From: Pseudomonas phage PAShipCat1
DNA length: 50,602 nt
Direction: 5' to 3' (one strand)
Sequence record: PP067092.1
This document shows, piece after piece, positions 35,446-43,774 of the stretch. The number at the start of each line of letters is the position of its first letter. Positions within the stretch are counted from its first letter, which is position 1. Below the pieces are notes generated by a model, which was given only the letters and a program-made list of their open reading frames with translations, was not told the DNA's origin and made no database searches. Both the position numbers and the translations under genes were made by a program.

Positions 35446-35810
35446 TCCCCTGGCGCTGGGTAACCATCGCGCTGGCCTGCCTGCTACTGCTTGGCCTCGG
35501 CACCGCCGGCGGTGTCTGGCTCGGCGCACGGCACTACCGGCCGAAGGTCGATGCCGCGTTGGCGGATCTGGTCGCCTGCCGCGCCGCCAGGGGAGGCCTG
35601 GAGGACGCAGTGGCGGAGCAGGTCCGGCAGGTTGCCGCGCTGCGCATGGCCGGCGAGCAGCGCGCCCGGGATGCTGTACAGGCGATGGAGAGGGGCCGGC
35701 AGCAGGCCGCCGAGCAGTATGCCGGAGCCCAGCGCCTGCTGAGCCAGCGAACCGCTGGTGATCAGTGCCTGGCAGCCGAAGTGGTCATCGATCAGGAGTT
35801 GGGGCTATGA
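35442..35810 (+). CDS. i-spanin (Rz-like)
   Basis: N-terminal TM (WVTIALACLLLLGLGTAGGVWL) then coiled-coil periplasmic domain. ATGA overlap with lysozyme. Confidence 0.7.
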   Translation: MIPWRWVTIALACLLLLGLGTAGGVWLGARHYRPKVDAALADLVACRAARGGLEDAVAEQVRQVAALRMAGEQRARDAVQAMERGRQQAAEQYAGAQRLLSQRTAGDQCLAAEVVIDQELGL

Positions 35811-36070
35811 GGGTGGTGCTGATGTTGGTGATGGTCGCGCTGGCGGGATGCGCCGGCCAGGTGGAGCCTGAGCCGCGCACGGTGCGCGTAGAAGTGCCAG
35901 TGGCGGTGCCGTGCCGGGTGCCGGCGGTGGAGGTGCCGGCTTGGGCAACTACTGGGCTGCGAAAAGGCGACGACTTGCAGACCAAGGTCCGCGCGTTGCT
36001 CGCCGAACGCTTGCAGCGGATCGGTTACGAGGCGCAGCTCCTGGCTGCGAATCAGGCCTGTCAGGATTAG
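35807..36070 (+). CDS. o-spanin (Rz1-like lipoprotein), separate gene overlapping Rz by 4 nt
   Basis: MRVVLMLVMVALAGCAGQ signal with LAGC lipobox. Pro-rich. Internal ATG in track ORF 35765..36070. Confidence 0.7.
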   Translation: MRVVLMLVMVALAGCAGQVEPEPRTVRVEVPVAVPCRVPAVEVPAWATTGLRKGDDLQTKVRALLAERLQRIGYEAQLLAANQACQD

Positions 36071-36105
36071 GAGTAGACTACGGCCTTTTCCTACGGAGCT
36101 CGGTG

Positions 36106-36369
36106 ATGCTGGTGATTCGATTCAAGGGCTGGTCGGTGAAGCTCGACCACCAGGTGGGCAGCGCTGGCAAGTTCGGCATCTGGTCGTTCCACGGCTCGGA
36201 GAGCAGCTACGTCCAAGACATGCAGACGATTCTCCGGCATGCAGCGATCCGGCCGGCGGAGCCGAAAGAAGGCGGGGAGGTCGAGGTATTCATCTGTGAT
36301 TCGCGCATGCCGCAGGATGAATGGCGGGCGGTAGGGACCGGCGTCGCGGCTTATGAGTCGGACCGCTGA
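36106..36369 (+). CDS. hypothetical protein (87 aa), last plus-strand gene before attP
   Basis: GGAG SD 7 nt upstream of ATG. MLVIRFKGWSVKLDHQVGSAGKFGIWSFHG... Confidence 0.4.
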   Translation: MLVIRFKGWSVKLDHQVGSAGKFGIWSFHGSESSYVQDMQTILRHAAIRPAEPKEGGEVEVFICDSRMPQDEWRAVGTGVAAYESDR

Positions 36370-36590
36370 CCCTGTACCAGTTTTTGTACCAATCGATGCG
36401 AATTCTGGCGAATAATGGTGCCTGAAAGCCGTGATTCTACTGCTCTCCAGCGCGCTAGCTATCGCCAAAAAAATCGCATGGTGATGTTAGCTGTAGATAT
36501 CAAGGCATTGTCCTGCGGGGCTTTGCGGGATGGTTACGCGCCTTCCTCTGCTTCCTGTACCAATTCCGTACCAGTTTTAACCCTGGTCTG
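36370..36590. other. candidate attP region (arm-type direct repeats + IHF-like site), overlapping integrase 3' end
   Basis: GTACCA-N5-GTACCA at 36375-36391 and GTACCA-N6-GTACCA at 36556-36573. IHF consensus-like TATCAAGGCATTG at 36498-36510. A-tract 36465-36471. Adjacent to int 3' end as in lambda. Confidence 0.45.
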
Positions 36591-37751
36591 TAGCTTCTCC
36601 AGCTCGCTCCAATCCGAGGCGGAGTTCAGCCACTTGGCATAGGTCGATAGCAGCATCTGCACGCTGTGGCCTAGCTGCCCAGCGATAAACGCAGGGTTCA
36701 TGCCAGCCATCAGGCACATGGTCGCGTATGTGTGGCGGGTGTCGTACTGCCGGCGCCTTCGGATGGATAGAGCATCCAGCGCGGCGTGGAAGTGCTTTAT
36801 GGTAACACTTGGCTCCTTGATCCACAGCCCGCCCTTGCTCGGAGGGAACACGAAGGGGCTTACTGCGAACTCGGAGACGGAGGCGACGCGCTTCAGCCGA
36901 GCAATCCGCTTGGCCTCTGCCAGGGCATTCAGGGCGCGTTCGTTGAGCAGGACGTCGCGTTCGTGCTTGGTCTTTACACGCTCTTCGATTCCGCGATCTA
37001 TGACGATCCGGCACACATGGATGCGCCGGGCCTCCTCGTCTACCTCGTCCCATCGAAGGGCGAACGCTTCTCCTGGCCGCAACCCTGTGAAGAACAGAAA
37101 CTCGTACAGCGCGGCGTAGATCCTTGAGTACTTCCCAAGGGTCGCGTACAGGTGTTGGATGATGCGTTCTGCTTCGTCCCTGGTGAAAGGGTCCACCAGC
37201 TTCTTCGAAACCCTCGGCTTCTCAAGAGGCGCCATCGGGTTCTTCTTGATCAGCCCGTCCTTCACAGCGGAATCTAGGATCGTCGACAGCTTGAACATCG
37301 CGTTCCGCTTCACGCCTGGCGACGTCCACTCGATGCTGCTGATGATTCGGCGCAAGAGGGTAGGGGTGATCTGGTCAAGCCGGGCTACTGCAAGATGTGG
37401 CATCCAGTATTGGTTGAGGATGCTCTTGTAGTTCTTGCGTGTCCCAAGCACGATCTCTCGACTGTCTAGCCAGAGTTGCGCATGCTCACCGAACAGAGGG
37501 ATTTGGCTGCTGACCGATTCCGCAATCGCAGAACCCGGGAAGAACTCTGCATACTTGGCTTCGTCCATGATGCCAAGCTTGATGGCCTGGACTACCTGAT
37601 CTCTAAGACTGGATGCAGTCTTAATCCCTTTTTGCGTCGCGGGATAGGGGAGTGTTTCGCACTTCCTTGTTCCGTTCCACATGAAGCGGATACGGATAGA
37701 GTTGCCGATGACTTCCACCCCGGTGGGCATACCCAAAGGCTTTCGAGCCAT
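36534..37751 (-). CDS. int: tyrosine integrase (lambda Int-like with N-terminal arm-binding domain)
   Basis: N-terminal GVEVIGNSIRIRFMWNG. Catalytic R (GLRPGEA), HxxR (DTRHTYAT) and Y (LLSTYAKW). Confidence 0.9.
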   Translation of the reverse strand: MARKPLGMPTGVEVIGNSIRIRFMWNGTRKCETLPYPATQKGIKTASSLRDQVVQAIKLGIMDEAKYAEFFPGSAIAESVSSQIPLFGEHAQLWLDSREIVLGTRKNYKSILNQYWMPHLAVARLDQITPTLLRRIISSIEWTSPGVKRNAMFKLSTILDSAVKDGLIKKNPMAPLEKPRVSKKLVDPFTRDEAERIIQHLYATLGKYSRIYAALYEFLFFTGLRPGEAFALRWDEVDEEARRIHVCRIVIDRGIEERVKTKHERDVLLNERALNALAEAKRIARLKRVASVSEFAVSPFVFPPSKGGLWIKEPSVTIKHFHAALDALSIRRRRQYDTRHTYATMCLMAGMNPAFIAGQLGHSVQMLLSTYAKWLNSASDWSELEKLQTRVKTGTELVQEAEEGA

Positions 37752-37927
37752 TCGTCGTATCTCCGTCGACTGTAGATTATCTTCCCGTTGACCTTGTTCC
37801 AGACGCCTTCCGGGATCTGCCGTTTTGATCTGCGGGTTTGCAGGGCGCGGTAGGTTATCCCAAGCAGTGCCGCCATCACCTGCTCGGGCACCTTGTCTTC
37901 GTACTCGATCTTCTCTGCGGTACTCAT
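37592..37927 (-). CDS. xis: excisionase-like HTH protein (C-terminal part of ORF overlaps int in another frame; true stop uncertain)
   Basis: GGAGAGG SD + ATG MSTAEKIEYEDKVPEQVMAALLGITYRALQTRRSKRQIPEGVWNKVNGKIIYSRRRYDEW is excisionase/AlpA-like. Directly upstream of int. Confidence 0.55.
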   Translation of the reverse strand: MSTAEKIEYEDKVPEQVMAALLGITYRALQTRRSKRQIPEGVWNKVNGKIIYSRRRYDEWLESLWVCPPGWKSSATLSVSASCGTEQGSAKHSPIPRRKKGLRLHPVLEIR

Positions 37928-38029
37928 AGGCAATACCTCTCCACCCCAGCTATTGCAGGGGAGGGCATGATGGTAGGATTTGTTGCCCAGCCGGGTTAGC
38001 TCAGGGAGAGCTAGTGGCGCCCGGCCGGG

Positions 38030-38377
38030 TTACTTGATCTTGATTTCGCCGTTGAACGGGATAAGGAGTTCCCGGAATTCGCGCATCTCAGGGACGGATA
38101 CGCCGTATCCGAGCAGTTCTCCATTCTCCCTGATGAACATGTGAGCGGCGATGCGTAGTCTCAGCTTCTCCAGAGCATGAAGCCTTCCTATGTGGTCGAG
38201 GCTCATGCCTTGTCTGACTGATGGCGCCGGCTCGAATAAATCCACCACCAGTTGGCATCCATCCCAAGCAGCCTGGGTGTGGCTGTCCGAATATCGGATG
38301 TCTCCCTGGCTGTCCACGTAGGTGGCCAAGTCGAATATGCCGGCCATGCGTTTCTCGAATTCCTCCCGTTTCATCAC
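38030..38377 (-). CDS. hypothetical early protein
   Basis: ORF track. ATGA overlap with upstream gene. Confidence 0.45.
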   Translation of the reverse strand: MMKREEFEKRMAGIFDLATYVDSQGDIRYSDSHTQAAWDGCQLVVDLFEPAPSVRQGMSLDHIGRLHALEKLRLRIAAHMFIRENGELLGYGVSVPEMREFRELLIPFNGEIKIK

Positions 38378-38904
38378 TCCCCACCTCCCATAGACTTGCC
38401 GATCTCGGCGGCGGCGCGCCGGCTAACTACCGATGAGATCTCGCCAGGCAACATGCTCATGAACTCCAGCGTGCATTCTGGCGCGCATCCAGCGCCGCAG
38501 GCCGTGGCGCACTCGCTAATGATCTTGCGCAGCGCCTCGTTCTCCGCCTTTAGCCTGCCCCGATCCACTTCGGCCGATTGGAGCTTCTGCCGTAGCTGGT
38601 TGATCGTCTGACTGTCCCTGGCAAGCTGCTGGCGTTGTTCCTCGATCAGTTCTTGATCTCGGTCCCATGCCGCTTGTGCAGTTTCCAGCGTCTGCGGGCA
38701 CTTCTCGGCGCGGGCGTAATTTACGCTGTGGTTTCGCCAGCCAGATGCTTTCATCCCGTCGATCTCGTCCAGCAGGGCAAGGATTGCGGCGGGTGTACAT
38801 GCGGCATGGAAATCCAACTGATTGGAGAACTCGATATCCTCATGAGCACCGCTGCCGAATTCGGCCGCCTCAGCCAGCCTCCGCAGCTCTGCGTGGTCGG
38901 TCAT
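38374..38904 (-). CDS. hypothetical coiled-coil early protein (possibly Ead/Ea22-like)
   Basis: MTDHAELRRLAEAAEFG N-terminus. Central coiled coil. C-terminal Cys cluster CATACGAGCAPEC. Confidence 0.45.
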   Translation of the reverse strand: MTDHAELRRLAEAAEFGSGAHEDIEFSNQLDFHAACTPAAILALLDEIDGMKASGWRNHSVNYARAEKCPQTLETAQAAWDRDQELIEEQRQQLARDSQTINQLRQKLQSAEVDRGRLKAENEALRKIISECATACGAGCAPECTLEFMSMLPGEISSVVSRRAAAEIGKSMGGGE

Positions 38905-39083
38905 GGCTTCCTCGCTCCCTTCAGCATTTCCTCAACCTTCTCAGCAGTTCGCCTGACAGCACTAATCAACTGCGGATCAGCATCTTTTCCCTTGAGCATG
39001 TCGTAGACGTCCGGGCTCACGAGCATTGTCCCTGCCGCCAAGTCATCTACTCGGATCACGGTTATTCCTCTGAAGTCGATCAT
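38901..39083 (-). CDS. hypothetical protein (60 aa)
   Basis: ORF track. ATGA overlap. Confidence 0.4.
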   Translation of the reverse strand: MIDFRGITVIRVDDLAAGTMLVSPDVYDMLKGKDADPQLISAVRRTAEKVEEMLKGARKP

Positions 39084-39114
39084 TCACTTCACCTCGATTC
39101 CGGCATGTCTTCGG

Positions 39115-39342
39115 TCATGGGATCATCTCCGCCATTTCGGTGATGGCCCTGGCAAGGGCAAGAGCGTGCTCCCGGCTGTTCAGCATGATTCGCTGCTCGC
39201 CGTACCAGTCGATGCAGGTTTGGTTCCCTGTAGTATGGATTTCCAGACTGCTGTCCGGTGCATCTGGGTCATGCCTGACCTCGATGTATGCGCCTTCTTT
39301 GTCGTCATAGACGCGCATGACTTTCTCCACGCTGTAGCTCAT
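39115..39342 (-). CDS. hypothetical protein (75 aa)
   Basis: ORF track. Confidence 0.4.
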   Translation of the reverse strand: MSYSVEKVMRVYDDKEGAYIEVRHDPDAPDSSLEIHTTGNQTCIDWYGEQRIMLNSREHALALARAITEMAEMIP

Positions 39343-39623
39343 TTCGCCACCTCGATTCCGGCTTGCTGGAGGGCTTCGGTCACGCGCTCAAGGCAGTCGT
39401 TGAAGCCCTGGTTTCGACTCTGCTGGTGCTCGTTGAAGTAGATTGACTCTTCCTTCGACGCAGGCAGCTCCACCTTCAGAGCCGCTCGGCTGGCTTGCCA
39501 TCCGTGCCAGCGGTTCTGGATGTGTGGATTCATGTAAATGCGTTCATCTCGTGCGAGCAGCCGTTTCTGGCCCGGGTGCTCGGCCAGAACCCAAGCTTCA
39601 AACTCTTCTCTCATGTCAGGCAC
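39339..39623 (-). CDS. hypothetical protein (94 aa)
   Basis: ORF track. ATGA overlap. Confidence 0.45.
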   Translation of the reverse strand: MPDMREEFEAWVLAEHPGQKRLLARDERIYMNPHIQNRWHGWQASRAALKVELPASKEESIYFNEHQQSRNQGFNDCLERVTEALQQAGIEVAK

Positions 39624-39625
39624 GG

Positions 39626-40111
39626 TCAGGACTCCTTTGGGTGGCCACGCAGACGGTCGGCCAACTCCATCTCGGCGTAATAGGCGCTCATGCTTTCGGC
39701 ATCGTTGAGGTTCAACGTTCCGTAGACATGGCGGTTATAGAATTGCGTGGTGCCTAGGCAAGGCTTCGACAGGTTCAGGGTGTAGCCGCGCTTGTCGGCC
39801 AGGAACTTAGCGACTGCGGCGGATCGGCTCATGCCTGCTTGGCAGTGAACGATGATCGGTTCATCACCACACTCGTTCACGAAGTCGTGGATCTGCTTGG
39901 CGTCAATGTGGCTGAACACCCGAAAACCATCGCTTCCCAGGTATCCGTCTACATCATCAAATTCCAGCCGCAGAACGCGCTTGTGATCGCAGGCAAAGGC
40001 ATACCAGTCGCCCTTGCTGCCGATGCTGATCACGTTACTCGGCGTCTCGATCCTGCTGGCATCCACTGCGGAGAGGAATGTCACCTCTCGCCTGTTCACT
40101 GCTTGCTCCAT
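39626..40111 (-). CDS. dual-specificity / tyrosine phosphatase-like protein
   Basis: VHCQAGMSRSAAVAKFL matches the HCxxGxxRS P-loop signature. AGGAG SD before the internal ATG (MEQAVNRREV...). The track ORF 39626..40312 N-terminal extension is rejected. Confidence 0.7.
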   Translation of the reverse strand: MEQAVNRREVTFLSAVDASRIETPSNVISIGSKGDWYAFACDHKRVLRLEFDDVDGYLGSDGFRVFSHIDAKQIHDFVNECGDEPIIVHCQAGMSRSAAVAKFLADKRGYTLNLSKPCLGTTQFYNRHVYGTLNLNDAESMSAYYAEMELADRLRGHPKES

Positions 40112-40245
40112 CTGCTCAACTCCTGTCCTTTCAACTCGGTCTGCTCGTATAGGTTCTGGAAGTCCCCGACTATCCGGAAGATGCCGAAGACGATCAGCGC
40201 GATGACCAGCGCCTGGGCGATTAAGGTTTTGTTTTCGTTGTCCAC
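40096..40245 (-). CDS. small single-TM protein (49 aa)
   Basis: GGAGGA SD + GTG. LIAQALVIALIVFGIFRIV TM segment. Confidence 0.3.
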   Translation of the reverse strand: MDNENKTLIAQALVIALIVFGIFRIVGDFQNLYEQTELKGQELSRWSKQ

Positions 40246-40390
40246 GGTTGGTCCTCCGGGGGTCGGATACGGTTGGGTTCGTTGTTGGGAGTCGATGCCG
40301 GAATCCCGGCATCGCAGCAGAATCAATGACTTACGATCGAATTAGCTGGCGGGCAGGCCGGCCTGCAAGGTGTGCGGTTAAGGGGAAGGG

Positions 40391-40633
40391 TTAGGGGTTG
40401 AGGCCGGCGGAGTTCAGAATTGCAATGGCCTCGTGGTTCACGTCAGATCCATCCGCAACGACGCTGCTGATGGAGATTCGCGCACAGCCGAACTGATCAT
40501 CTTCCCGTACAAAGCCAAGGCTGTTGAACAGGTAGAGCGCCTTCTGTACACCGGATACATCCTGATGCGGGCCATCCTTCAGAGTGGGATTGCCGTGCAC
40601 GTCCAGCTTCACAAGCCAGTATTGGTCACTCAT
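40391..40633 (-). CDS. hypothetical protein (80 aa)
   Basis: ORF track. Confidence 0.4.
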   Translation of the reverse strand: MSDQYWLVKLDVHGNPTLKDGPHQDVSGVQKALYLFNSLGFVREDDQFGCARISISSVVADGSDVNHEAIAILNSAGLNP

Positions 40634-40928
40634 GCTCCTTCTCCTCGCCGAGCAGGGCGCGGAGTTCGATCAACGCCGAGTCGCGATCCCGCCGCCAACT
40701 CATCTCGTCGTCCATACAGCACGTGGCTGGCTGTTCCGCGCAGACACGCCGCAACAGCCCCTCGCTGACCACCACATGGCCCTCGGGAATAACTGCCAAC
40801 TCCCTAACTTCATAGCCTGGCCAGGCCTGAGGGTCTGCTCTGACCATGTCGTGGTGCTCCTTGGAGCAGGGGTGCCAATCTCCCGGATGGCTTGTGAAGA
40901 ACGAGTAGTACCGCTTCACCTCACTCAT
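40626..40928 (-). CDS. hypothetical protein (100 aa)
   Basis: ORF track. Overlaps neighbours. Confidence 0.45.
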   Translation of the reverse strand: MSEVKRYYSFFTSHPGDWHPCSKEHHDMVRADPQAWPGYEVRELAVIPEGHVVVSEGLLRRVCAEQPATCCMDDEMSWRRDRDSALIELRALLGEEKEHE

Positions 40929-40931
40929 GGT

Positions 40932-41207
40932 TCAGTCCTCCGGATACAGGTCGTACTTGCGGCAGATGGCATCCATTTCCGGGCGGGCGCGGAAAATCCA
41001 GAACTCCCCACCATCGACACTCACCTGATAGATGTACTTTGTTCCCGGAAGGATCTTCCCTCGGTCGGATCGAACGGCCTCAACGATTAGCCAGTCATCC
41101 GCACCAACGTCTTGCCTTCCGAAGCCGGCACGGTCGAACCAGTAATAGGCATCACACTGATAGTGCTTCCGGGCCGTCCGAAGTTCGTCGCGTAACAGTT
41201 GCATCAC
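40932..41207 (-). CDS. hypothetical protein (91 aa)
   Basis: ORF track. Confidence 0.45.
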   Translation of the reverse strand: MMQLLRDELRTARKHYQCDAYYWFDRAGFGRQDVGADDWLIVEAVRSDRGKILPGTKYIYQVSVDGGEFWIFRARPEMDAICRKYDLYPED

Positions 41208-41698
41208 ACCCCCTCCTTGCCGGGCGCGGCGGCCTTCCGAAGTGCGGCGTTCAATGCTCTTTCCATCGATTTGAACGGGGACTCGCCCGGTCGGAAAGCG
41301 TCAAGGGCAGCCACGATCATTTCGCCAGTAACCTTCAGCACGCTGTGCTGAGCCGAGCTGCCGGGCGCGGCGATAAACTTCCCATCTTCAAACGCCGTAG
41401 CCAATTCGGTCGCTACCCGCTGACACTGCTTCAAGTGGCCGACGAACAGTTCACGCGTTCCATCCCCCGCACGCACGCAGTATGGCCAGAAACCCTTCCC
41501 AGTTTTTTCTACGCGGTACCGCTCAAGCCCGAACACCTCCGGCACAACATCCGCCCTTGCGCGCAGTGCTGCGACTTCCTGCCTTAGCGCCTGGGCCTCG
41601 GCGGCTAGGGCGTCGTAGTCTGCATATCTGACGTACTCCCCGTGCTCATCCTCAGTAACCCCCCAGGTGTATTCGTTGAACCGCTCCACCTCACTCAT
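41204..41698 (-). CDS. hypothetical protein (164 aa) carrying one copy of the AQHSV motif/DNA repeat
   Basis: ORF track. ATGA overlaps. Contains GCACGCTGTGCTGAGCC (41358-41374). Confidence 0.5.
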   Translation of the reverse strand: MSEVERFNEYTWGVTEDEHGEYVRYADYDALAAEAQALRQEVAALRARADVVPEVFGLERYRVEKTGKGFWPYCVRAGDGTRELFVGHLKQCQRVATELATAFEDGKFIAAPGSSAQHSVLKVTGEMIVAALDAFRPGESPFKSMERALNAALRKAAAPGKEGV

Positions 41699-43371
41699 GA
41701 TCTACCTCCTTGCCGGGCGCGGTCCAGGCGCTCGATCTCGGCCAGGATCAAGGCGCCGGCACGCACGTAGTTGGAACGCGCGTCTCTCGGCTTCCACCAC
41801 TTCGTCACGAACGGCCAGATGGCGGGCGCTTCGTCATTGGCTCCGTTGAGGATGTATGCCGCTGCGGCGCGCGGAAGTTCGGCGGCGCAATAGAGGTCGT
41901 CGTGCTCCGGCGTCCAGCCCTCGGCGGTGATCTGCCGGCGGCGCTCTGCCTGCACGTCGATCCATGCCTGCGGCACCGAGTTGCCGGGCACGTCGGCGAG
42001 TATGGAAAGCAGTTGGCGCTCAGCCGTAATTCGGGTGTCGTGGTCCTTGTCGCTCATCATGTTGAGAAGCGGCTCAATCGGAACCAGCTTCCAGCCCTCC
42101 GGCACGCTGTGCTGAGCCTGGGCGGGCGCGGCGGCGAGCATGTGGGCTATATCGGCGGCTACCACACGACCATCAGCCACATCCTCCCGGACGTCGAAGT
42201 ATTCCTCGTCTTCGCAGACGTTCTCCAGGCATTCCGCCAGGTGCTCTATCTCGCATTGAGCGCGTGACAACAGAGTGCGGACTTTCTCCGGCACGCTGTG
42301 CTGAGCCTGGGCTACAGGGGCGGTGTAGAGCTTCGTGCCCGACGGTATGCCTTGCAGGTCGCGATAGAAATGAAGGCCGTTCCAGTCTTCACCCGGCACC
42401 CTCGCAACGGTCGCCACCGGCTCCTGCTTCTCCATCTCAGCGACCCTGGCCAGGGCGGCGTCGCGCTCCGCCGTGCGGCCCGAAACCAGACCATCAAGAC
42501 GAGCAATTTCCGCTTCCCGTTCTCTGATTTCGTTCTGTAATGCCCGGTACGTTTCCTGGCCGGAATCCATGTAATCGTTCTTGTGCTGGCGGAGCTGGGC
42601 TATCACCGCCCGCAGCTCCCCGACGATGCGCTCGTGCTGGGCGACGGTCATAAGCGGCCGGCGTTCGACGGTGTAGGAGCGTTCGAACTCCTCGCCTTTT
42701 CCTGGGTGCCAGAGACTCCAGCCAGTTTGCGGTCCTGCGGTGACGCGGTATTGCCACGCCACCACCTCCGGCCGCTCCGCCTCTGCCTGCTCTGGCTTGA
42801 GTGCTTCAGCGGGCGCTTCGTTGAACGCTTCAGCATGCGGGGCTAGGTTGAACGGGTCGAGGTCCGACGCCGGGGAGGGTTGCGGCGTACCGAGTAAATC
42901 CTCTCCCTGCTGGCTGATCTCCCAGAGCGCCGGGCTGCGCTGAACGCGATTGAGCAGCCCGAGCTGAGTCAGCAGGTCCAACCAGTGCCTGCCGATATCG
43001 ACGCCGCCAGACTCGAAGTCCTCGGCGCAATCGTTGAAGCGGCGAAGCTTGGTCAGCACCTTCTCCGCGAAAGGCGGTAGCGTCGGGGAGGGTTGCGCCA
43101 GGGCGGCGCTGGCTTGATCCGGCGTTACGAACCAGCCGCTGCCATCGCATTCGCGGCAGACCTCGCCGACACAGCCTTCGCCTGATCCGTCACATTCGGA
43201 ACATGCGTAACCGGTTGCCGGATCAGTTTCATATCCGCAGGCGCAAAGGTCGCCGGGCATCAGATCGTGTTCACCGCAATCCGGGCATCGGGTCGCGCAG
43301 GGCTTTGCATCTGCTGCACGCTCATCCCCGCCTGCCTGCTCTACCGATTCCTTGTTCAATTCCATGCTCAT
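41695..43371 (-). CDS. large early protein with N-terminal DnaJ-type CxxCxGxG zinc-finger cluster and conserved C-terminal alpha-helical domain
   Basis: CPDCGEH...CSECDGSGEGCVGEVCRECDGSGW. Two copies of AQAQHSVPE. C-terminal WIDVQAERRRQITAEGWTPEHDD...AIWPFVTKWWKPRDARSNYVRAGALILAEIERLDR (resembles the DUF550-type C-terminal domain of lambdoid early proteins, from memory). Start taken at ATG with ATGA overlap (MSMELNKE...). Confidence 0.6.
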   Translation of the reverse strand: MSMELNKESVEQAGGDERAADAKPCATRCPDCGEHDLMPGDLCACGYETDPATGYACSECDGSGEGCVGEVCRECDGSGWFVTPDQASAALAQPSPTLPPFAEKVLTKLRRFNDCAEDFESGGVDIGRHWLDLLTQLGLLNRVQRSPALWEISQQGEDLLGTPQPSPASDLDPFNLAPHAEAFNEAPAEALKPEQAEAERPEVVAWQYRVTAGPQTGWSLWHPGKGEEFERSYTVERRPLMTVAQHERIVGELRAVIAQLRQHKNDYMDSGQETYRALQNEIREREAEIARLDGLVSGRTAERDAALARVAEMEKQEPVATVARVPGEDWNGLHFYRDLQGIPSGTKLYTAPVAQAQHSVPEKVRTLLSRAQCEIEHLAECLENVCEDEEYFDVREDVADGRVVAADIAHMLAAAPAQAQHSVPEGWKLVPIEPLLNMMSDKDHDTRITAERQLLSILADVPGNSVPQAWIDVQAERRRQITAEGWTPEHDDLYCAAELPRAAAAYILNGANDEAPAIWPFVTKWWKPRDARSNYVRAGALILAEIERLDRARQGGRS

Positions 43372-43592
43372 TTCACGTTCTCCCACACTTCGGCATTGCA
43401 GAGTGCTTCGATTGATGTGTACGTGCTGTGCCCGCTCGCTTCCTGAAGCTCTACGGATCCGCCGGCTTCGAGCACTGCGATGTATCTGCGATTAGTTGGC
43501 TTGTGCCGGAAGACCTTTCCGACGACGCACTGCGCGTTGATATGTCGGACCTGGTAGCTGTCGGCGAAACAGCCGTGTTCGTGCATGCTCAT
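43368..43592 (-). CDS. hypothetical protein (74 aa)
   Basis: Internal ATG with GAGGGT SD. ATGA overlaps both neighbours. Confidence 0.4.
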   Translation of the reverse strand: MSMHEHGCFADSYQVRHINAQCVVGKVFRHKPTNRRYIAVLEAGGSVELQEASGHSTYTSIEALCNAEVWENVK

Positions 43593-43774
43593 GCTGCTAC
43601 CCTCGGGGCGAGGCCCATGTCTCTGTCGTGATGTCCTGCGAGCCATAACGAACGCTCATAGAGCATGTGCAGTCCGTAGGGGCAGGCTTGAAGACGCTCG
43701 CCGCGATCCCGGGCTTCGATGCCTTCGCGGTATTCATCCGCCGATTCGGGGAACTCAAGCTGCTGCTTTTTCAT
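43589..43774 (-). CDS. ribosome modulation factor (RMF)-like protein, 61 aa
   Basis: EYREGIEARDRGERLQACPYGLHMLYERSLWLAGHHDRDMG aligns with E. coli RMF RGYQAGIAGRSKEMCPYQTLNQRSQWLGGWREAMAD. Y-x2-G-I-x2-R...CPY...RS-WL-G conserved. Size matches. Alternative ATG 12 nt upstream. Confidence 0.55.
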   Translation of the reverse strand: MKKQQLEFPESADEYREGIEARDRGERLQACPYGLHMLYERSLWLAGHHDRDMGLAPRVAA

